64,000 bases of DNA from the NCBI GenBank assembly GCA_038046805.1, contig JBBSVO010000006.1:164452-228451 (forward strand). Direction: 5' to 3'. This stretch comes from Candidatus Micrarchaeota archaeon. GTDB taxonomy: Archaea; Micrarchaeota; Micrarchaeia; Anstonellales; Bilamarchaeaceae. Shown piece by piece: positions 49,959-59,028 of the stretch. Each line of letters starts with the position of its first letter. Position 1 is the first letter of the stretch. Position numbers and translations under genes: made by a program. The notes beneath the pieces were generated by a model. That model was not told the DNA's origin. It saw only the letters and a program-made list of their open reading frames with translations, and did no database searches.

Positions 49959-51296
49959 ATGTGTGCCCGGTTTGTCCAGAAAATGAGCTATAAGTACGAA
50001 TTTTCAGAGGGCGAACTGAAGCCACTTGTTGATATTCAGACAATGCTTGAGGATGACGATCCGTTGCAGCAGTTCTCTAAATTCATGGAAAAAGTAGAAC
50101 CGCCAGCCAAAGAAGCGAAGAAAGACATTTCGGTTGCTATCGCAGAAGTACAGGATGATGTTGCATCACACTCTGATTCGTCATTAACAAGCATGCAGGG
50201 AGCGACCGAAAGAGAGGACGTTCAATCCTCCCACTACGTCATCACGTTCTTCAATCCAGAAACAGGAAAGGCAGAGGTTCTCGGTGTTTCCTCGGAAATC
50301 CGGGTTAAGGATTATGCAAAGAAAGTGATAGAAGAATCTCTAGGCCAGCAATCAACATTGCCATTATATACGTTTATAGCAACTCCCATCATTCGCAAGG
50401 AAGTCAATCCATATCTTCTTGAAGACCTCATTAACAATATGGAATATGGTACCCCGCCCCCATTTGGCGGTTCGGTAAAAATTTCAACCGAAAAATCTGC
50501 CGCAATATTGCGTGAAAAAGCAGCTTCGGTAAAACAGAGCGAAATCGTGGCGGTATCCAGGCTGGAACAAAGACAAAAAAATAAACGCGCAGATGAAATT
50601 CAAGAGCCCGTCATTGTGGCGACATCCGAAGTCAAGAAAGAAAAACCCTCCAATTTGAGTGCGGAACACTATAACAAAGCGCTTCGCGCGGATCAACACG
50701 ACAAAGCGCTTCGCGCGAAACACAACGAACCAGAACAATTCGGGACAAAGCAGTTAATCGAACCTGTTCCGATAGATATCGAGCATGTTCCAATAAACGC
50801 AGGTCGTTCTATCAAATCATCTGCTCATAGTTCTGAAATAGTTTCAGCTACTCAAAATACAAAACTAGTCAAAGCATCCGAGCAATTACCGCATTCTGTT
50901 TCCGTTTCTCAGAAAAAGGAAAAAACATATGTGCCTGCCATTAAGTCCGAAGTCGTGCTTGAACCTTCTGTTAAACATGCAATAGAAGAAAGCATTGTCA
51001 GGAAAGAACGTGCAGAGACGGATATTGGTCAAGAAATTGTTTCAATCGAGCGGGTTGTGGTGTCAATTCGCGATAGGCATATCCCGCTGGAAAAGGCAAT
51101 CCTTGCCCTCCCCCCAATAACCAGGGCACGCTTCAGTGCAGTTGTAAAAAAGAAGCACCTTCCTGCATCAATGATTCTCTCTCTTTTGGAAAAGGACATC
51201 TCTTTCCTAAAATCAGTCAAAAAGAAGCTTGCAACGCTTTCGTTTGATGACCTGCTTTCCGTGGTTCGCGCAGTTAAATCTCTTTCTGCGAAATAG
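49959..51296 (+). CDS. hypothetical protein
   Basis: 445-aa ORF with disordered middle. Confidence 0.7.
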   Translation: MCARFVQKMSYKYEFSEGELKPLVDIQTMLEDDDPLQQFSKFMEKVEPPAKEAKKDISVAIAEVQDDVASHSDSSLTSMQGATEREDVQSSHYVITFFNPETGKAEVLGVSSEIRVKDYAKKVIEESLGQQSTLPLYTFIATPIIRKEVNPYLLEDLINNMEYGTPPPFGGSVKISTEKSAAILREKAASVKQSEIVAVSRLEQRQKNKRADEIQEPVIVATSEVKKEKPSNLSAEHYNKALRADQHDKALRAKHNEPEQFGTKQLIEPVPIDIEHVPINAGRSIKSSAHSSEIVSATQNTKLVKASEQLPHSVSVSQKKEKTYVPAIKSEVVLEPSVKHAIEESIVRKERAETDIGQEIVSIERVVVSIRDRHIPLEKAILALPPITRARFSAVVKKKHLPASMILSLLEKDISFLKSVKKKLATLSFDDLLSVVRAVKSLSAK

Positions 51297-51349
51297 CCAT
51301 GAGCCTTGGGCCATGAGCCTCGGATGTATTTTGAATAAAAATAAAAAAA

Positions 51350-51580
51350 AGCCTCAAGAGAGATTTGAACTCCCGACCTCCTCCTTTCTACACCCAATCT
51401 CCCCGTAAGAGGGGGTTTGGGCGGCATGAAAGGCACTAAGGGGGACGCTTCCCCCTTTGGGCCTTCTACAAGAGAGGCGCTCTACATCCAGAAGTCTTGC
51501 GTTTCGTATTCCGTGTTTTGAGCCGGATAAGACTCAGGACAATAGGACAAAACCCAAAACTTTCACTGAGCTATTGAGGC
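51350..51580 (-). tRNA. tRNA-Thr(TGT) with two introns (D-loop 51486..51563; 37/38 51386..51466)
   Basis: GCCTCAA/TTGAGGC, GCTC..GAGC D-stem after splicing, CCTCT-CTTGTA|A-GGAGG, GTTCAAAT; BHB helix TCAG/CTGG. Confidence 0.9.
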
Positions 51581-51665
51581 TATGTATGATTTTTTGTGCC
51601 ACGTATGTATTTAAAGGATTTCCATATATAGTTTTTTCACTAACTTGTTGTTTAGGTGAATCTTT

Positions 51666-51818
51666 ATGGGTAAATTTCCAGAAGCTGATGCTGAAATATC
51701 AAAAATAATGATCTGTAGAAAATGTAAGTCAAGGAATCCAAAAGGGCTTAAAAAATGCAGAAAATGCGGCTCCCAATACCTTAGACCAAAGAAGAAGGAA
51801 ATAAGGGCAAAGAAGTAA
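51666..51818 (+). CDS. rpl40e: 50S ribosomal protein L40e (not in ORF track)
   Basis: MGKFPEA...ICRKCKSRNP....CRKCG...LRPKKKE. Confidence 0.95.
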   Translation: MGKFPEADAEISKIMICRKCKSRNPKGLKKCRKCGSQYLRPKKKEIRAKK

Positions 51819-51847
51819 CGGTCATGTGCCGTTAATCTGGTGAAAAT

Positions 51848-52132
51848 ATGAACATTGGAGATCTTAAGGCAGGTTCAAAGGAAGTTTCGATAGACGCAGA
51901 AGTTGTTAGCATAGATTCTGTACGGGAAATCAACAAATACGGAAGAACCCTTCGTGTTGCGAATGCAAAAATCGAAGACAAGAGCGGTTCAATAACGTTG
52001 GTTTTGTGGAATGACGACATAGACAAGGTCAAGGAAGGTTCGAAGATAAAAATCGAAAATGGCTATGTTAACGAATGGCAGAACAACCTGCAGCTAACAA
52101 GGGGAAAATTCGGAACGCTTACTGTTTCATAA
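51848..52132 (+). CDS. Single-OB ssDNA-binding protein
   Basis: VANA.I.DKSG.I.LVLW, IENGY, G.FG. Confidence 0.88.
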   Translation: MNIGDLKAGSKEVSIDAEVVSIDSVREINKYGRTLRVANAKIEDKSGSITLVLWNDDIDKVKEGSKIKIENGYVNEWQNNLQLTRGKFGTLTVS

Positions 52133-52145
52133 TCCCTCGAGTTCA

Positions 52146-52526
52146 TTAGCCTATCTTTATTTTTCCGCCATAGTTTTCTATTTTTATTTTTTTGTTTCCG
52201 CTTCCCTCAATCCTGCACGTAGTGTTTTTATGAATCGTTTTCGTTTCACTACCAGGATTAGAAACCATAAATCCGCTTTCGGTTCCGCTTACTGAATTTT
52301 CTCCGGAGATTTCAATTCCACGCGAGTTTCCACTCCCAAGTGCGCAAACCGCTTCTATTTCTATGAATAACTTTTCCGCGTTTGACTCCAGCTCTATCTG
52401 TTTTTTCTGTTCTTCCGCGTAATTCCTAATCCCGCTTAATGCAGCTATGGAAAAGGTTAGTGCTGCCAACATAATAAGCGCCAAAAATAGATACTCAATC
52501 GAAACTTGGCCACGGGACATAATCAT
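52146..52526 (-). CDS. Class III signal peptide (pilin-like) protein
   Basis: RGQVSIEYL + hydrophobic helix. Confidence 0.85.
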   Translation of the reverse strand: MIMSRGQVSIEYLFLALIMLAALTFSIAALSGIRNYAEEQKKQIELESNAEKLFIEIEAVCALGSGNSRGIEISGENSVSGTESGFMVSNPGSETKTIHKNTTCRIEGSGNKKIKIENYGGKIKIG

Positions 52527-52585
52527 ACCTTGTCTCTAGCTTTTGGGTAGTGGCTAGGGGTTAGTACCTGAAAGCCAGTAGCCAA

Positions 52586-52849
52586 TCATGTGCATGATTT
52601 TTCCTGGGTATTGCAGTTATTGGACTGGCAATCTATGTCATCCACGCAAAAATCTCCACTTTTTCCTTTTACTGCCTGTTCTGTCTTTTCTAAAATAGAT
52701 GCACTCTGAACCCCTATTTTTTCGCTGGTTTTTTGCGCAGTGCCTATTAGCTGGGTTGCCACAATTGCTACTATTGCCAGTATGACTGCAATCAGAATCA
52801 GCATTTCTGCGGATAATTGCCCCTTTACAACATTTGTGGTGTTATCCAT
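52586..52849 (-). CDS. Class III signal peptide (pilin-like) protein with Cys-rich tail
   Basis: KGQLSAEML + helix; C....DC.S..C. Confidence 0.85.
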   Translation of the reverse strand: MDNTTNVVKGQLSAEMLILIAVILAIVAIVATQLIGTAQKTSEKIGVQSASILEKTEQAVKGKSGDFCVDDIDCQSNNCNTQEKSCT

Positions 52850-53287
52850 CTACACAACCCTTAAGATTAGTCTTTTCTTCACGTAATTGAGTACCTTTTC
52901 GTAATTGATATAATGCGAATATGCGGTTAATTCCATAGGGTAATTCCCATCTCTTGTCTGGTTGCTTCCCCAGATAGGGATAACCAATTCTACGGAAACC
53001 CCTGCCTTTATTTCTCCAAGTCTTTTTTCCATATGCTTGTTTATGCAGGTTGGTTCAAATCCAATCATTTCCTTTTTTGGAAGTAGGATATCTACAGATA
53101 CCAGTTGCAGTTCATTCGTAGTATTCGTCAATTTGACGATCATCCTCACCATGTTATCCTTTCTTGCAGACAATCTTACTGGAACAAAAGAAGTAACTAC
53201 GTTGAATGGGGCATTGGATTGTTGTACCTCTGTCCGAACTTCTTTGCGTTCACTAGAACTTCCCATCAATGAATCTAAAAATCCCAT
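52850..53287 (-). CDS. Ig-like beta-sandwich hypothetical protein
   Basis: GGTGA RBS before MGFLDS; alternating beta pattern, G.Y. Confidence 0.7.
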   Translation of the reverse strand: MGFLDSLMGSSSERKEVRTEVQQSNAPFNVVTSFVPVRLSARKDNMVRMIVKLTNTTNELQLVSVDILLPKKEMIGFEPTCINKHMEKRLGEIKAGVSVELVIPIWGSNQTRDGNYPMELTAYSHYINYEKVLNYVKKRLILRVV

Positions 53288-53478
53288 TTTGTCACCTTTT
53301 ACATCTATTATAATTCGTTGCCTTTTCTGACGTATATGCAAATGGACAGAAACCTTTAAATATAGTTAGTAATAAAGGAAATTTGCTAATAAGAAAGACA
53401 TTCATTTCACGCTCTTTCTTTGTATGGGAGGATAACTGGTCGCCTTGCCAGCGCATAATTGCGCTGGCCTCTTTCTAT

Positions 53479-53735
53479 TTGAAGCTTTTTGGATAAGGAG
53501 TTATAAGGGCAAAAACCTTCAGGAAAAACCATGGAGGTTTACGGAATCCTCCCATGCAGGGATTTTAAAAAACAATTGAGCCTTTTTGGCTTAGGGGTTA
53601 TCAGGGCAAAAACACGTCCGGTTGAACGGCGATCCGTTCAATGGACCATTGAAACCACCTTGTTTCAATAGGTCGCGAAAAACCATGGAGAAGCCAATAG
53701 TTTCGGCGCAATACTCCCATGCAAAGGATGTTAAA
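53479..53735. repeat. Two tandem copies of a ~100-bp structured unit
   Basis: CTTTTTGG..AGG.GTTAT.AGGGCAAAAAC-[var]-GAAAAACCATGGAG-[var]-CTCCCATGCA..GGAT.TTAAA at 53479 and 53576. Confidence 0.8.
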
Positions 53736-53787
53736 CTTCTTCTTGCAGTCCACATGTTTTTAACAATAGCGGAACAAATTTTCAATT

Positions 53788-54900
53788 ATGTCCGAAGCAC
53801 CATTAGTTGAAATAGACGCGTCAAAGGGAGAAGGCGGTTTGTTTGAACGACGAATCGTCCAAAGCCCGCCTTCCCAAAAAGGCAATTGCATGGTTGAAAT
53901 AGACGCGTCAAAGGGAGAAGGCGGCGGTCAGATTATCCGAACTGCCCTTTCACTCTCAGCAATTACCAAAATTCCGGTTCGTATTTTCAATATTCGTGCT
54001 AAAAGACCTAATCCTGGCCTTCAGGCACAGCATCTTATGGCTTGCAAATCCGTTCGCAATATTTGTCGCGGAACTCTTGAACATGCGGAATTAAATAGCA
54101 GCGAACTTGTTTTTCATCCAGGGGAAATCGTCGGGGGCAATTATGAATTTGATATAGGGACTGCGGGTTCTGTTGTTCTTGTTGCCCAGACTTTGATTCC
54201 TATTCTTCTATTTGCAAACAAGAAAAGCACCGTTCGGATAAAGGGCGGTACTCATGTCATGAAATCTCCAAGTTATGATTATTTCGCAGAGGTCTTTGTT
54301 CCTGCTCTTCGGAAATTTGGAATCGCTATTAAAACCCGTGTCTTGAAAATCGGTTTTTATCCTGTTGGCGGAGGAGAAATAGAATTTGAAATAGAACCGA
54401 ACCTTCCGCATGGTGTGGTGAATTGGGCAACTCCTGATAATTCTGAAGGAAAAAGAGTATTGATCCGCACTTCCTCGTCTTTGCCCGAACTCATCTCTAT
54501 TCGCGAAAAGAAAATTTTTGTCCAGAATAATCTCGAAAATGTGCGGGTATTCTCCGACCAAACTGCTTCACAAGGAAACGCCATCTTGTTCTGGGAAGGT
54601 TTCTGCGGAGCATATTCTCTTGGAGAAAGGGGAAAACGTGCAGAAGTGGTTGCTCAGGAAGCTCTTGATGAATTCAGAAAAGAAGAATCTGCGCAAGCCG
54701 ACGTAGATAAGCATCTTGCAGACCAGCTTCTTCTCTACGCGGCCCTTGCTGACGCTTCTGGCGAAAAGGCGGAGACGCGGTTCAAAACATCTGAAATAAC
54801 GGAACATCTGCGTACGAATGCAGAAATAATAAAAAAATTCAATAATAAAAAAATAGAAATAAATGAAGAGAAAAAAGAGGTTTTTGTTGGATCACTATAG
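53788..54900 (+). CDS. rtcA: RNA 3'-terminal phosphate cyclase (duplicated N-terminus)
   Basis: GEGGGQIIR, RPNPGL..QH, GGTH, GFYP.GGG, D.HLADQL, TEHL.TN. Confidence 0.96.
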   Translation: MSEAPLVEIDASKGEGGLFERRIVQSPPSQKGNCMVEIDASKGEGGGQIIRTALSLSAITKIPVRIFNIRAKRPNPGLQAQHLMACKSVRNICRGTLEHAELNSSELVFHPGEIVGGNYEFDIGTAGSVVLVAQTLIPILLFANKKSTVRIKGGTHVMKSPSYDYFAEVFVPALRKFGIAIKTRVLKIGFYPVGGGEIEFEIEPNLPHGVVNWATPDNSEGKRVLIRTSSSLPELISIREKKIFVQNNLENVRVFSDQTASQGNAILFWEGFCGAYSLGERGKRAEVVAQEALDEFRKEESAQADVDKHLADQLLLYAALADASGEKAETRFKTSEITEHLRTNAEIIKKFNNKKIEINEEKKEVFVGSL

Positions 54901-56151
54901 TTATTTGGTCGTCTCTGCTTTATTTAGTATTTCCTCCATATTTTTCTTGTCATCCTCGCTTATGTTCTGCCCGGTGGTGTTCTCCTTTGTAGGATTTTCG
55001 AACGGTTCATCACTTTGTTTTATCGTAGTCTTGTTTGTGGTGGCAAACTCCTCGCACATCGCAACCTTGGTGGAGTTCATTATACTGCTGCATATACTGG
55101 CGTTTTTCATTGTTCCGCCAAGTTCAATGTAACAATCGTCTTTTATGCCAGATTCGGTTACGAGTTTGCATATTCCAGTGTCTTTAGCCATTATTGCTAA
55201 ATTGAGAATGCAGATATTCTTTCTTCCACCGGCAAATTCGCACAGTTCAAGGTTTTCTTTGTCCAATGCCATAGAATAAACGCATTTATCATGTTCTATT
55301 CCCTCTTTTTCAAGGCATGCTATAAACGCATTCTGGTCATCGCTTGCAGCCTGAAGCAGGGTGACGGCCTTTCCGGCAGTCAGGTTCTCCGGAACTATTA
55401 TCTCCTTATCATATTTCCAATCGGATGAAACAAGATTCCATTTACTCGTGCGATCCTTTCCAAGATAATTATATGCGAATTCCTTAGAGATAATTTCGTT
55501 CTTTTCTTCGTTATAACATAGTTTACTTTCGTATCTCTTTGGATCTCCCTGTCTTACATTAAGGCTCATCGCCTCGCTTAAAGTAAGGTTTGAATAGTCT
55601 ATAACAAAGTTTACTTCCGAGCATTTTTCTCCTTTTTCCGTGGTTTCAATAACCTCCTCAAACGTAATGGTGTTTTTTCCCTTCAGGAATTCAAATGTTT
55701 CCTTTGCAGAATCTATCTTTTCGTTGCTGAAAAATTGCCCTCCAATCACCTTTAAGTATTTCGAGAGGGCTGCACTGGTGTTTTTTACAGAACTGCAGGC
55801 ATATTCATCTTCATATTCTACACACATTACCGTGTCGTTTTCCGCAAAATAAATATTTCTTTCAGATATTGGAGTTTCTATAGTTACCTGGCGCACTGCT
55901 CCGTTCTTGCGAAGTGTTGTCCTCATGACATATTCATCAAGCGTTTCGTCATAGGCATATTCGTAATCTGTTGCGCCCTGGCCAACAAGAAGGCTTTTTT
56001 CATATATTTCAAGCGCATTGCCTGTGCTATCTTCTCCTTCACCACCGTGTTTTTGAAGGTTCGGAAGTGCATACATATAAACCGCATAACCTGCGGCAAG
56101 GAAAACGATAATCCCTAAAACCACCAGCAAAATATTTTTTACATCTGTCAT
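54901..56151 (-). CDS. Membrane-anchored protein with C-terminal Cys-helical repeats
   Basis: N-terminal TM; repeated D.C...LA......C units. Confidence 0.75.
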   Translation of the reverse strand: MTDVKNILLVVLGIIVFLAAGYAVYMYALPNLQKHGGEGEDSTGNALEIYEKSLLVGQGATDYEYAYDETLDEYVMRTTLRKNGAVRQVTIETPISERNIYFAENDTVMCVEYEDEYACSSVKNTSAALSKYLKVIGGQFFSNEKIDSAKETFEFLKGKNTITFEEVIETTEKGEKCSEVNFVIDYSNLTLSEAMSLNVRQGDPKRYESKLCYNEEKNEIISKEFAYNYLGKDRTSKWNLVSSDWKYDKEIIVPENLTAGKAVTLLQAASDDQNAFIACLEKEGIEHDKCVYSMALDKENLELCEFAGGRKNICILNLAIMAKDTGICKLVTESGIKDDCYIELGGTMKNASICSSIMNSTKVAMCEEFATTNKTTIKQSDEPFENPTKENTTGQNISEDDKKNMEEILNKAETTK

Positions 56152-56207
56152 AAGATAACCTCTGAACATTGGCTTTTTATATTTCTCATCTGTGCTTAAA
56201 AAGTTAT

Positions 56208-56609
56208 TGCAGGGGACAGGATTTTCAATTACCACGGGAGTATCACGCCTACGTTTTTCTTTTGGCGTGTCAGGAACGACCGACAAAACGACGCTTCGTT
56301 TTGTGGTCCATAAAACGTTACGACGTTTTATCGGACGCATCGTTCCTGAGCATGTTCAAGAACGAAATGTCGTTCTTGACATGAAACCCTCAGACCTTTT
56401 CTTTTTTAAAAGAAAAGGGGTATGGGTTTGAACCTGTGAAGACGCTAGGTCATCAGATTTCCTATCCCGCATTCGGGAAAAGAACAAACGAGATCTTGAG
56501 TCTGACGCGTTTGACCGTTGCGAAACCAGTTTCCAGTTGCCTGTTTCCAGTTCCCAAAACGCGAAACTGAAAACCCTAGACAGAAAACTGACTTCTCCGC
56601 CACCCCTGC
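56208..56609 (-). tRNA. tRNA-Leu(CAA) with three introns (15/16 56518..56594; 37/38 56459..56494; 59/60 56222..56426)
   Basis: Joined exons give GCAGGGGTGGCGGAG-CGGTCAAACGCGTCAGACTCAAG-ATCTGATGACCTAGCGTCTTCACAGGTTCAAA-TCCTGTCCCCTGCA with fully paired acceptor, anticodon and T stems. Confidence 0.85.
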
Positions 56610-56669
56610 GCATTATATTTGCTTTTTGCCGCACCACATTTTAAAACCTTGTTAGTCTATCATCTACTC

Positions 56670-57863
56670 ATGGCAGAGCCACTATGGTTCATTGAATACC
56701 CAGTATCATTCATCTCAATTTTCGTAGCCGTATTTTTCACACTGATTTATCTGAAGAATTTCAATAGGATGGAACACAAGTCAAAGCAGGCGCATGGCTG
56801 GGAACCAAAAATAACAATTCTCATTCCTGCTTACAATGAGGAGAATTCTATAGCTGCATGTTTAGATTCAGTTCTGGCATCAGATTATCCTCGGGAAAAG
56901 ATGGAAATACTTGTTCTGGATGACGGTTCTACTGATAAGACTGCAGAGATTGCCAAGCGTTATTCAACACATGGGGTAATCGTCTGCTCAAAAGAAAACA
57001 CTGGAAAAGCAGACTCTCTTAATTTCGGAATAAAAAAATCAACAGGAGAAATAATTGCAACGCTTGATGCGGATTCGTTTATAAGTCCATATTCCATACG
57101 CAGAATGCTTCCATTGTTTGAAGATGAGACTGTTGGAGCGGTTGCTTCTGCAGTTAAAGTGAAAAAAGCAAAAAACCTATTGGAGGAGATCCAGCGCATA
57201 GAATATCTTTTTGCATTATTTTCCCGCAAGGTTGTCAGCTTTATCGAATCCGTGCAGGTAACCCCCGGACCGTTTTCCATGTTCCGCAGATGGATTTTTG
57301 ACAAGGTCGGCGATTTTGATACAAAGAGCCTTGTTGAAGATCAGGAAATAGCACTGAGAATCCAATCTCATCATTACAAAATACGCTGCTCTCTCGATGC
57401 CGACGTTTTCACCGAAATCCCACGCACGTTCCTTGACTTGATGAAACAGCGCACCAGATGGCAACGCGGAGGGTTCTGGAACTCATTAAAATATCTTAAA
57501 ATGATTAATCCAAAATACGGGGATCTGGGAATGATTATTCTTCCGTTCGGTGTGTTTGGATATCTGATGCTTGTCATCTTCCTTGTGCTTGCGGTGTACT
57601 ATATGTTTTATGGTTCTCCCTATCAGGAAGCGCTTAGCTATGATTCCTATCTGCTGGCATTCCGCGAGCTTCATGTTTTCGGAATTCTTATGATAGGCCT
57701 TGCGTTCCTGTGGCTGTTCTATGGGATGGGGAGGCTTTTCCGCGAGCAGGAGCTGCATCCAGTGTCAATCTTTTTATATATCATACTATATCCTATGTTG
57801 ATAACGTTATTTTGGTTCTCCGCAGCGTATAAAGAGCTGCGCGGAGAGGGTTTCTCGTGGTAG
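56670..57863 (+). CDS. GT2 processive glycosyltransferase (CESA-like)
   Basis: PAYNEE, DDGS.D, GKA, LDAD, ED, QRTRW. Confidence 0.93.
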   Translation: MAEPLWFIEYPVSFISIFVAVFFTLIYLKNFNRMEHKSKQAHGWEPKITILIPAYNEENSIAACLDSVLASDYPREKMEILVLDDGSTDKTAEIAKRYSTHGVIVCSKENTGKADSLNFGIKKSTGEIIATLDADSFISPYSIRRMLPLFEDETVGAVASAVKVKKAKNLLEEIQRIEYLFALFSRKVVSFIESVQVTPGPFSMFRRWIFDKVGDFDTKSLVEDQEIALRIQSHHYKIRCSLDADVFTEIPRTFLDLMKQRTRWQRGGFWNSLKYLKMINPKYGDLGMIILPFGVFGYLMLVIFLVLAVYYMFYGSPYQEALSYDSYLLAFRELHVFGILMIGLAFLWLFYGMGRLFREQELHPVSIFLYIILYPMLITLFWFSAAYKELRGEGFSW

Positions 57864-57888
57864 GTGTTGAAGTCGTAAAGGTGAATCC

Positions 57889-58953
57889 ATGGAAGACGAT
57901 GCAAAACTGGAAAGAAAATCTCCGAATATTTCTCTCTATGTAATAGCGTTGGCTATTACGATCCTGATCTTCTTCACTGGAATCTATCTTGGTAGGGTTG
58001 TTGATAATTCGGTTCAACAGGGTATTGGCACCGATGTCGCATCACTTATTGAGCGAACAAATTCAATGGAGCTTTTGTTCCTTTTGGATAATTCTTCTGA
58101 TTTTTGCCCGGTATTCAAAGATGAATTATTGAAGATAGATTCGGATACAGAAAAACTCGGATACAAACTTGCGTATATCGAAGATATAAAAGGTGCTGGT
58201 GCGTCTGACCCAGACCTAAAGAAAAAATATTTCGTTCTTGAAACCGAGGCCTACCTTCTTTCCAAGAGAATCGCGGAAAGTTGCGGGTCGAGTTACGCTA
58301 ATTTCGACCTTGCGCTTTATTTCTATTCTAACAAAAAGGGCGCCTGTTTTGATTGTGATGCACAGGGAAAGGCCATTCTTGATGCGAAAAAAGAGCTTAA
58401 CCGACCATTTAAGGTTTATTCTTTTGACGGGGATCTCGGAAGCACGGTTGCGGATGCGCTGAAAACAAGACATGGTGTGACGGTCTATCCTTCACTTGTA
58501 GTCAACGGGGTTCTTTATGAGGGTTTTGTTTCAAAGGAGGAATTGCTCGGACTTCTTTCCAAAAATGCAAAAGGTGATGAAGAAATGAAACTTACAGGGG
58601 AAAAACTTTTTGCACCGTTTGGCGGGCAAACCTGCGTTTATTGGGAGAATTATGTCATAGAAGAAGGTCGCGTTTCTCAAAGTAAAAATCCATTCTATGC
58701 GGTAATTGACGGAAAGAAAATCGAGCTCGGTCTTCCACCCGCGCGCATTTTTATGAAACCGACATCTGAAAACGAAACTGTAAAAGAGTGGTGCCTCAGT
58801 CCGGATGCGGTTTATCTTGTGGAAAAGGTAACTGAAACTGCGTCTCTTCCGGATTGGGACGAAGAAAAGACTGCGTATTACATTTCTGACGCAAAATACT
58901 CTTCAGAAGAAAGGAAAAAATATTCGACGCCTGCGAGCAAATGGACATACTAA
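57889..58953 (+). CDS. Membrane-anchored protein with thioredoxin-like domain
   Basis: TM helix, CFDC, YPSLVVNG. Confidence 0.7.
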   Translation: MEDDAKLERKSPNISLYVIALAITILIFFTGIYLGRVVDNSVQQGIGTDVASLIERTNSMELLFLLDNSSDFCPVFKDELLKIDSDTEKLGYKLAYIEDIKGAGASDPDLKKKYFVLETEAYLLSKRIAESCGSSYANFDLALYFYSNKKGACFDCDAQGKAILDAKKELNRPFKVYSFDGDLGSTVADALKTRHGVTVYPSLVVNGVLYEGFVSKEELLGLLSKNAKGDEEMKLTGEKLFAPFGGQTCVYWENYVIEEGRVSQSKNPFYAVIDGKKIELGLPPARIFMKPTSENETVKEWCLSPDAVYLVEKVTETASLPDWDEEKTAYYISDAKYSSEERKKYSTPASKWTY

Positions 58954-59028
58954 TATTTTGTCAGAATCGAAGCTTGTCAATGGAAATGTTTAAATATCCG
59001 CTATTCGTTATGTCCTTGGTGATATCGA

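Noticed and set aside
51029..51708. ORFs 51029..51436 and 51457..51708
   Set aside because: They overlap tRNA-Thr and rpl40e
53806..53924. CRISPR mini-array (repeat starts GTTGAAAT)
   Set aside because: Only two copies, they encode the conserved RtcA VEID..GEGG motif, and no cas genes are in the window
56414..56609. Pseudo-tRNA with degenerate 3' end
   Set aside because: A perfectly pairing 3' exon exists at 56208-56221, so an intron is the simpler reading
56152..56669. ORFs 56169, 56192, 56356 and N-terminal extensions of 54901 and 56619
   Set aside because: They overlap the tRNA-Leu(CAA) gene and its palindromic introns
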